Of a stretch of DNA of 64,000 bases, positions 57,790 to 64,000 are shown one piece after another (position 1 is the first letter of the stretch; every line of letters starts with the position of its first letter). The notes beneath the pieces are model-generated. The model worked only from the letters and a program-made list of their open reading frames with translations. It made no database searches and was not told the DNA's origin. Made by a program: the position numbers and the translations under genes. Origin of the DNA: Opitutia bacterium (GTDB lineage: Bacteria > Verrucomicrobiota > Verrucomicrobiia > Opitutales > Opitutaceae); the NCBI GenBank assembly GCA_947452315.1, contig CANGCX010000005.1, positions 6,294 through 70,293 on the forward strand. The letters are read 5' to 3'.

Positions 57790-59529
57790 TTACTTGCGTT
57801 TGGGTGTGGCCTTTTTGCTCCGAGTATTAGGAGTGTTGCCGTCAGCACCCATCTCCTTGAGCAAGCTGGTGAGGTAAGGAATGAGTTGTTTTTTACGACT
57901 CACGATACCTGGCAGGTCAAAGATTTCGTCCTGTTCGACGTGGGCGTAGCTGATGCGCTGGATGAAGCTAGCGTCGCCTTTGACCAAAAGCAGAGAATTT
58001 TGGGTGTTGATATCGGTAACCAGAAGGGCGGCAAAGGCGAGGCCCTCGTCCTCACGGAGGCTGAGGAGGGCGGCGGAGATGGGGTTGGCGTGCTGCCAGA
58101 AATTACCGAAGCCGAGTTCTTCGACTTGGGAGACGGCGAAGCGTTGGCCCTCTTCTTCGTAAATTTTGAAATCGGAGCGGACGATTTTTTCGGGGGGATT
58201 GGCTAGAATGACGGATCCGGAGTTGAAAATTTCGTCGGCGAGTTGCTTGGAGTTTACGCCGGCGATCTCAGCGAGCCAAGCGAGTAGGATTGCGTCTTTG
58301 CGGGTGGTGGTCGGGCCGTTGAGATGCAGGGTGTCGGAGATAAGACCGGACATCATTATGCCCGCGATGGCAGGGGAGGGTTGGAGACTTTCGCGCCGGA
58401 AGAGATCGGCGATGATCGTGCAGGTGGACCCGACCGGTTCGTTAATAAAAAGAATGGGTTGGGGTGTATTGAGGGAGCCGAGGCGATGGTGGTCGATGAT
58501 CTCGGTGATAGTGACTTCTTCAGCGCCGTTGACGGCTTGGGTCATCTCGTTGTGATCAACGAGGATCAGGCGAGTTTGGACGGGTTTGAGAATGTCGCTT
58601 TTAGAGAGTACGCCGACGAGGGCTCCGTTATCATCGAGTACCATTGCCGCAGGGGCTGACATGGCGGAGATTTTGCGTCGAATATCGGCGAGACGGGCGT
58701 CGGGGTGGAACGAAGTGAATTGTTTCTCAATGACGCGGTCGATCGTGGTCGCGGTGCGGACGCCGAGGGCTGTTGTGGCGGAGTCCCACGGACTGCTGAT
58801 AATGCTGACGCCGGCGCTTTGGGCCAAGCGAAGGATGTCATCGTCGACATCGAGACCGCCTGTAATTATGATGGCGCGTACGCCGAGTGTGATAGCGCGA
58901 GCTTGGATGTCACGGCGGTCTCCGACGATGATCAGGGAGCGGTTGGCCGGGATATTATCGCGTTCGGAAATGGTCCAGAATGAGGCGACATCCATTGCGC
59001 CAACGCGGATGAAGTACTCGTCGATTTGTTCGGGTGCGACGAGGTGGAGAGCTTTGGCTTGGAGCGAACGAACGATATGGGTGAGGGAAGAGTTTACCTG
59101 CCTGAGAGTGCGCGGCTCGCTCAGGCGGGGAATGAAAATTCCGCCGAGGTGGGCTAGGGAGATCGTGCCGATGACTTGGCGGGCGGAGTCAATGACGGGT
59201 AGCTGGCGAATGTCGTGGCGGTCGATGAGCTCGAGGGCTTCTGCACAGGTGGCGTCGGGGGAAACTGAAACGACATCGGCAATCATCAGATCGCGGACAC
59301 GGGGTGAAACATCACTCAAATAAACGGGCAGGGATTGGCCGAAGCGGCTGAGGATGGTGTCGATGCGGGCGTTACTGTTACCACAGCGAGCGGCAATGTA
59401 GCCTTTTTCACCGCGGGCTTCTTTGTAGGCCGCATAGGCCAGCGCAGAGCAGATCGAATCAGCATCGGGGTTTTTATGGCCGATGATGTAAGTGGTATTG
59501 CTGTTGGGCGCTGAGGCGGCGGGCGACAT
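57790..59529 (-). CDS. Family II (DHH) inorganic pyrophosphatase with CBS-DRTGG insert
   Basis: DHH motifs (GHKNPDADS, DHNE, DHHRLG), a CBS pair plus a DRTGG-like region inserted after the first ~80 aa, and a DHHA2 C-terminal domain. Confidence 0.8.
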   Translation of the reverse strand: MSPAASAPNSNTTYIIGHKNPDADSICSALAYAAYKEARGEKGYIAARCGNSNARIDTILSRFGQSLPVYLSDVSPRVRDLMIADVVSVSPDATCAEALELIDRHDIRQLPVIDSARQVIGTISLAHLGGIFIPRLSEPRTLRQVNSSLTHIVRSLQAKALHLVAPEQIDEYFIRVGAMDVASFWTISERDNIPANRSLIIVGDRRDIQARAITLGVRAIIITGGLDVDDDILRLAQSAGVSIISSPWDSATTALGVRTATTIDRVIEKQFTSFHPDARLADIRRKISAMSAPAAMVLDDNGALVGVLSKSDILKPVQTRLILVDHNEMTQAVNGAEEVTITEIIDHHRLGSLNTPQPILFINEPVGSTCTIIADLFRRESLQPSPAIAGIMMSGLISDTLHLNGPTTTRKDAILLAWLAEIAGVNSKQLADEIFNSGSVILANPPEKIVRSDFKIYEEEGQRFAVSQVEELGFGNFWQHANPISAALLSLREDEGLAFAALLVTDINTQNSLLLVKGDASFIQRISYAHVEQDEIFDLPGIVSRKKQLIPYLTSLLKEMGADGNTPNTRSKKATPKRK

Positions 59530-59581
59530 GGGGTGATATGATGATACTGATCGTCGAGTTGCTTCGGGGAAAGCTGGAAAT

Positions 59582-59613
59582 AAAAAACCCGGCGCGCGGT
59601 AGCGGCCGGGTTT
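59582..59613 (-). terminator. Rho-independent terminator of the prepilin-like gene
   Basis: On the minus strand: ACCCGGC-loop-GCCGGGT followed by a T-run. On the plus strand this is an A-run at 59582-87 with stem arms at 59588-93 and 59605-10. Confidence 0.7.
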
Positions 59614-59636
59614 GAAAAAGATAGGAGTGAGAAGAC

Positions 59637-60401
59637 TTAGGGGCCTTGAACGGCGACGGTTCCGGCAGCGCTGCCCACAATGGAGTTTACTCCGTAGATG
59701 CGGGCGCGGTTGGCGGCGACGGTGCTGAAGGGGATCGATTGAAGGATATTGGTGGGTTTGGAGGCTCCATTGCCGTTAGAGGTAAAAATACCCGTGGTGT
59801 TCGGATAGAAATTCACGTTTCCACCGAGGAAGGCGATGTAGCCACCTGTATCTTTGTAGACGCCGATATTGGTGGCGTTGGTGGTGCCGTTCCAAGTGCC
59901 TGCGGTCTGCAGGCCGCGGGTGTAAACGACAGGCGTGGTGGCCGTGTCGCTCATTTTAACGCCGCCGACGAATTCAAGCGAGAGCGTCGAAGCGATAAAG
60001 GTCGTGTCCATCTGATTACGAGCGGCGACGCCGGCGCGCAGAATCACCGTAGGAACGGTGGCGGGATAAAGTGGATCGTTTTTCGCGAAGTAGAACGCGG
60101 GATCGGTGAGGATGTTGTTTTTGGCGAGGATGCCCGGCCAGCGGTAGACAGCGGTGCCACCGGTGATCAGCGTGGTGCTGGTTTGGGGGTCGGGGAGACG
60201 GTCGTTGTTGTCGCCGGCGTAAATTTGAGCGGCCTTTAGGACTTCACGGATATTATTAGAATCAACGGCGCGTTGGGCCTTTTCGCGCACGGTGCCGACG
60301 GTGGGGATGATGATTGCCGCAAGGATGCCGATGATCGCGATGACCGTGAGCAATTCGATGAGAGTAAAGCCGGCAGTCTTGTTTTTAGCGGAGATGCGCA
60401 T
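59637..60401 (-). CDS. Prepilin-type N-terminal cleavage/methylation domain protein (type II secretion/pseudopilin-like)
   Basis: Class III signal G|FTLIELLTVIAIIGILAAIIIP with Glu at +5. The remainder is Thr/Gly/Asn-rich. Confidence 0.8.
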   Translation of the reverse strand: MRISAKNKTAGFTLIELLTVIAIIGILAAIIIPTVGTVREKAQRAVDSNNIREVLKAAQIYAGDNNDRLPDPQTSTTLITGGTAVYRWPGILAKNNILTDPAFYFAKNDPLYPATVPTVILRAGVAARNQMDTTFIASTLSLEFVGGVKMSDTATTPVVYTRGLQTAGTWNGTTNATNIGVYKDTGGYIAFLGGNVNFYPNTTGIFTSNGNGASKPTNILQSIPFSTVAANRARIYGVNSIVGSAAGTVAVQGP

Positions 60402-60523
60402 GGGAGGGTAGTTATCTAGTTTTGGGAAAAAGTGCTCTTGAAAATTACCTGAACAGTACAGAGCTCAAGCAGAATATCGCGCACTCGGACTGGACAAAGC
60501 TTTTGTGCGGGTCCTACTCTGTA

Positions 60524-61393
60524 ATGATGAAGATCTATCTGGATGGTAAATTCGTCGATTCCTCCGAGGCCAAGGTGTCCGTGTTTGATCACGGTCTGCT
60601 TTATGGTGACGGCGTCTTTGAGGGCATCCGGTTATATGGAGGTAATATTTTCCGTCTGGAGGAGCACCTGGAGCGTCTGGAATACTCTGCGAAGGCGATC
60701 ATGCTTCAGATGCCGCACACGCGCGCAGAATTGCGTGAACTGACCTGTGAGACCTGCCGCCAAAACGGTCTTACTGATGCCTACATTCGCTTGGTGATCA
60801 CGCGCGGGGTGGGAGATCTCGGGTTGGCTCCTTGGCTCTGCCCTAAGCCCTCGATTTTTATCATCGCTAGTAAAATCTCCCTTTATCCGCAGGAACACTA
60901 CGACAACGGCCTGGCGATTGTTACCGTGCCCACGCGTCGCATCGGCCCGGCCGCGTTGCCGGCTACGATTAAGTCCCTCAATTATCTCAACAACATTCTC
61001 GGCAAGATTGAGGCCAAGCAGTTTGGTGCGCTCGAGGCGATCATGTTGAATGAGCAGGGCTACGTTGCCGAATGCACTGCGGATAATGTGTTCATTGTGC
61101 ACAAGGGCACGATCATCACGCCCTCCTCCTCTCAAGGAGCCCTCAAGGGCATCACACGCGACACAGTGATTGATATCGCCGCAGAAATCGGCGTCCCGCT
61201 GCGCGAGAGCGACATGACGCGCTACGACATCTGGTGTGCCGACGAATGTTTCCTCACGGGATCTGGGGCAGAGGTGATTCCCGTCGTCAAACTCGATGGC
61301 CGCGTTATCGGCGACGGTAAGCCCGGCTCTATCACGCAACGAGTGCTCGCGGCATTCCGTCGACGCGTCTTGGTTGAAGGCACTCGGATCTAA
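60524..61393 (+). CDS. ilvE: Branched-chain amino acid aminotransferase (fold type IV)
   Basis: Motifs VFDHGLLYGDGVFEGIR, EHLERL..SA and the K in KSLNYLNN. I chose the ATG at 60524/60527 over the TTG at 60422. Confidence 0.8.
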   Translation: MMKIYLDGKFVDSSEAKVSVFDHGLLYGDGVFEGIRLYGGNIFRLEEHLERLEYSAKAIMLQMPHTRAELRELTCETCRQNGLTDAYIRLVITRGVGDLGLAPWLCPKPSIFIIASKISLYPQEHYDNGLAIVTVPTRRIGPAALPATIKSLNYLNNILGKIEAKQFGALEAIMLNEQGYVAECTADNVFIVHKGTIITPSSSQGALKGITRDTVIDIAAEIGVPLRESDMTRYDIWCADECFLTGSGAEVIPVVKLDGRVIGDGKPGSITQRVLAAFRRRVLVEGTRI

Positions 61394-61428
61394 AGCCATT
61401 TCCTCTGACTTTCATTTTACGGGGCACG

Positions 61429-61456
61429 TTGCCCACGTGTTTTTGACCCTTATAAT
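61429..61456 (+). promoter_or_regulatory. Candidate sigma70-type promoter of mcsA-mcsB-clpC
   Basis: TTGCCC (61429-34), a 16-nt spacer, then a perfect TATAAT (61451-56), ~70 nt upstream of the mcsA ATG. Confidence 0.4.
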
Positions 61457-61464
61457 CTTCGTGT

Positions 61465-61486
61465 CCCGCACTTGCCAGAGTGCGGG
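61465..61486 (+). other. Perfect 8-bp stem-loop at the predicted 5' end of the mcsA transcript
   Basis: CCCGCACT-TGCCAG-AGTGCGGG begins ~9 nt after the -10 hexamer. There is no U-tract, so it is not a terminator for ilvE. Confidence 0.45.
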
Positions 61487-61524
61487 CTCAGGGCATATTC
61501 GTAGTTAGATTCTTTAATCGAGCC

Positions 61525-62031
61525 ATGGCCAATCCCTTAAAATGCGACCTCTGCGATAAGCCAGCCACGGTGCATCTCACCCAAATCGTGAGTAATAAAG
61601 TGCACAAGGTGGACCTCTGCGAAGCCTGTGCTCAGGCCAAGGGCGTTACCGATCCGAGCGGCTTTTCGCTCTCTGATCTTTTGCTCAAAGCTTCGTTAAA
61701 CCCCGAGGCTGCGCCCGGGGCAATGCGCTGTGAATCCTGCGGTTTTACCCAGGCTGATTTTAAAAAGCACGGCCGCTTTGGTTGCCCAGCTTGTTATGAC
61801 GCTTTCAAGGGTATGCTTGAGCCGATGCTCGACGGTATGCACAAGGGCACTAAACATACGGGTAAAATTCCTCAAGCCGCGCTCGCCCGCCAGACTCTGC
61901 ACGAACGCCTCTCTAAACTCGAACTCGACCTCAGCGACGCCATTAAGTCCGAGCGTTACGAAGACGCCGCCCGCACCCGCGATGAAATCAGCCAAGTCAA
62001 ACAAGCCACTCACCAATCGCCGCCGCGCTGA
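61525..62031 (+). CDS. mcsA: Protein-arginine kinase activator McsA (UvrB/C-motif, zinc-finger protein)
   Basis: Two CxxC pairs at the N-terminus (CDLCDKPA...CEACAQ) and a second pair set (CESCG...CPACYDAF). The C-terminal UVR motif is ERYEDAARTRDEI. ATG at 61525. Confidence 0.8.
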   Translation: MANPLKCDLCDKPATVHLTQIVSNKVHKVDLCEACAQAKGVTDPSGFSLSDLLLKASLNPEAAPGAMRCESCGFTQADFKKHGRFGCPACYDAFKGMLEPMLDGMHKGTKHTGKIPQAALARQTLHERLSKLELDLSDAIKSERYEDAARTRDEISQVKQATHQSPPR

Positions 62032-62038
62032 GTCACCC

Positions 62039-63133
62039 ATGACGATCGCCTCGCTCATCGCCTCACCCTCTGAGTTGACCGATGCGGCCAGTAACAAGAC
62101 CGCGATTGTCTTGATGACCCGCATCCGCCTCGCGCGCAACCTCGCGACCCAGCCCTTTCCGGGCTGGGCGAAACCTGCGCAACGTACCCGCATCGCTGAA
62201 ATCTGTACCGCTGCCGTCACCGCCGCAACCCCGCTCAAACGTAGCCTCAATGTTGCCGTCGAGCAACTCGGTGAACTCGAGAAACAAATTCTCGTCGAAC
62301 GTCACTTGATTAGTCGCGAACTTAGCGGCTCCAAGCAGGGCAGCAGCGTGATCATCAGCAAAGACCAGACCGTCTCAGTCATGGTCAACGAAGAGGATCA
62401 CCTCCGTATTCAAGTTCTTCGCGCCGGCTTCCAACTCAAGAAAACATGGACCGTGATCAACGAGCTGGATACCGCTCTTGAGTCTAGCCTCGACTACGCT
62501 TTTTCACCCACGCTCGGATACCTCACGGCTTGTCCTACCAATCTGGGTACCGGCATGCGCGCTTCCGCAATGATGCATCTTCCGGCGCTCGTAATTTCCA
62601 GCCAGATGGAAAAAGTCGTCCGCGCCGTGAACCAACTCGGTATGGTCGTGCGCGGCTTATTCGGCGAAGGCTCCGACGCTAGCGGGAGCATTTTTCAAAT
62701 TTCTAATCAGACGACCCTAGGTGAATCCGAAGAAGAAATACTCAAGCGTTTGAGCAGCGTCCTTCAATCCATTATTGAGCACGAACTTAACGCCCGCGAA
62801 AAATTACTCGAAGCCGATGCCGGCAAATTGTTCGATAAAATTGGACGCGCTTACGGCATCATGCAAAATAGCCACCTGCTCAATTCCAGCGAAGCGATGA
62901 ATTTGCTCTCGCTCATTCGTCTCGGTATCGACCTTGGCGTTTTCCCTGATGCGAATCGATCCACCATTGATCGGCTATTTATCGAAGCTCAACCCGGACA
63001 CCTCCAACACGCCCAGAAAGGCGAATTCGATCCCGCCCAGCGTGATTTGCTCCGCGCAGCTCATCTGCGCTCGGAGTTTGCCAATTTCGTCCGTCCGGAT
63101 TTCTCTTTAATCAACAGTAACGGAAAGAACTAA
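62039..63133 (+). CDS. mcsB: Protein arginine kinase McsB
   Basis: Near-colinear match to Bacillus McsB motifs: [74 protein letters not shown] chose the ATG at 62039. The track ORF start at 61730 lies inside mcsA. Confidence 0.9.
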   Translation: MTIASLIASPSELTDAASNKTAIVLMTRIRLARNLATQPFPGWAKPAQRTRIAEICTAAVTAATPLKRSLNVAVEQLGELEKQILVERHLISRELSGSKQGSSVIISKDQTVSVMVNEEDHLRIQVLRAGFQLKKTWTVINELDTALESSLDYAFSPTLGYLTACPTNLGTGMRASAMMHLPALVISSQMEKVVRAVNQLGMVVRGLFGEGSDASGSIFQISNQTTLGESEEEILKRLSSVLQSIIEHELNAREKLLEADAGKLFDKIGRAYGIMQNSHLLNSSEAMNLLSLIRLGIDLGVFPDANRSTIDRLFIEAQPGHLQHAQKGEFDPAQRDLLRAAHLRSEFANFVRPDFSLINSNGKN

Positions 63134-63153
63134 ACCACGACCCCTTTACGCTC

Positions 63154-64000
63154 ATGTCTCAAGAACCGATGAACAACTTCACGCCTCGGGCTCAGCAGGT
63201 GCTCGCGCTCGCGCGCAAGGAAGCCGACCGCTTTCACCATAACTACGTCGGTACCGAGCATATTCTCCTTGGTCTTATCAAACTCGGCCAAGGCGTGGCA
63301 GTCAGCGTTCTTCAGAAAATGGGCCTCGACCTTGAGACGGTGCGTTCCGCCGTCGAGAAACAGGTTGGTACGGGTCAGGAAACCAAGACCCCCGGTAGCA
63401 TTCCCTACACACCGCGTGTTAAAAAAGTCCTAGCCCTCGCTGGTAAAGAAGCAAAGACCCTCAGTCACTCCTACGTCGGCACCGAACACATTTTGCTCGG
63501 TCTGCTCCGCGAGGGCGAAGGTGTCGCGGCGCGTGTCCTCAAGTCGCTCGAAATCGACATCGAGCGCACCCGCAACGAAATCCTCCGCGAACTTGATCCT
63601 CAATTCTCAGGCAGTGGTTCCGGCGATGCCGGCACCCCTGGCGAAGAAGCCGCCGCCGGCACCCCGCAACGTGCTGCCGGTGCCCCCGATGACAAAAAAG
63701 AGGTTAAGACCCCTGCACTCAAAGCCTTCGGCCGTGATCTCACCGAACTCGCCCGCAAAGGCGAAATGGATCCCGTAGTTGGCCGCAAAAACGAGATTCG
63801 TCGCGTTATCCAAATTCTCTGCCGGCGCACCAAAAACAACCCCGTGCTGATCGGTGAAGCTGGTGTCGGTAAGACCGCTATCGCTGAAGGCCTCGCACAA
63901 GAAATCGTCGGTGGTAACGTGCCGGAAATTCTCGCTGATAAAAAAGTCATCACGCTCGATCTCGCGCTCATGGTTGCTGGCACCAAATATCGCGGGCAAT
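63154..64000 (+). CDS. clpC: ATP-dependent Clp protease ATP-binding subunit ClpC, N-terminal 282 aa (3' end outside window)
   Basis: Not in the ORF track because there is no stop in the window. Translation gives [24 protein letters not shown]..., with two Clp_N repeats ([11 protein letters not shown] twice), then [17 protein letters not shown] and Walker [16 protein letters not shown]. Confidence 0.85.
   Translation, partial: MSQEPMNNFTPRAQQVLALARKEADRFHHNYVGTEHILLGLIKLGQGVAVSVLQKMGLDLETVRSAVEKQVGTGQETKTPGSIPYTPRVKKVLALAGKEAKTLSHSYVGTEHILLGLLREGEGVAARVLKSLEIDIERTRNEILRELDPQFSGSGSGDAGTPGEEAAAGTPQRAAGAPDDKKEVKTPALKAFGRDLTELARKGEMDPVVGRKNEIRRVIQILCRRTKNNPVLIGEAGVGKTAIAEGLAQEIVGGNVPEILADKKVITLDLALMVAGTKYRGQ

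Noticed and set aside
61442-61448. Single GGTCAAA heptad (minus strand) next to the mcsA -10 box, considered as a CtsR operator.
   Set aside because: CtsR sites are tandem heptads (GGTCAAA-NAN-GGTCAAA), and the neighbouring positions do not match on either side. No ctsR gene is in the window. It is kept only as a note within the McsAB finding.
63521-63999. Track ORFs 63521-63778 (+), 63600-63986 (-) and 63607-63999 (-).
   Set aside because: All of them overlap the open-ended clpC frame (from 63154), which carries unmistakable Clp_N repeats and the AAA+ Walker A. They are off-frame or antisense artefacts.

Overview
This is a compact 64-kb chromosomal segment with about 55 protein genes and 3 tRNAs. 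I found no rRNA, CRISPR array, transposase or integrase. Several protein families point to a high-GC Verrucomicrobiota (Opitutales-like) genome, but this is inference only: a prepilin-type N-terminus, a Tat-signal TIM-barrel isomerase, a small PVC-type conserved protein and a secreted protein with RG[VI]GPGL modules.

Most of the content is housekeeping:
- Nucleotide, cofactor and tRNA genes: folC (partial), a long purA, tgt, guaB, menC/menE, lexA and polX.
- A TonB energiser operon: exbB-exbD-exbD-tonB-TPR.
- Translation genes: tRNA-Lys/Thr/Gln, rpmI-rplT, pheST and gatCAB.
- A same-strand HIT-phoH-pgpH-ybeY-DUF502-recO string.
- Other genes: fabF, lpd, a CBS-type family II pyrophosphatase, ilvE, and mcsA-mcsB-clpC (clpC runs off the 3' end).

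No self-contained accessory island stands out. The items most worth a second look are unusual architectures inside conserved contexts:
1. A 1,918-aa single-chain double UvrA.
2. A PD-(D/E)xK nuclease fused to an XPD/DinG-type Fe-S helicase, directly downstream of recO.
3. A Tgt fused to an MnmC-like (DUF752) methyltransferase.
4. A TonB module with two ExbD paralogues that share an identical TM segment despite saturated synonymous change. It is followed by a TPR protein and two TM-anchored coiled-coil proteins.
5. A 953-aa secreted multidomain protein with a duplicated unnamed C-terminal module and a hydrolase-like core without the nucleophile serine.
6. An unannotated 30-aa poly-lysine micro-ORF with its own terminator.

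All functional calls come from motif reading by eye. No database search or computation was run.
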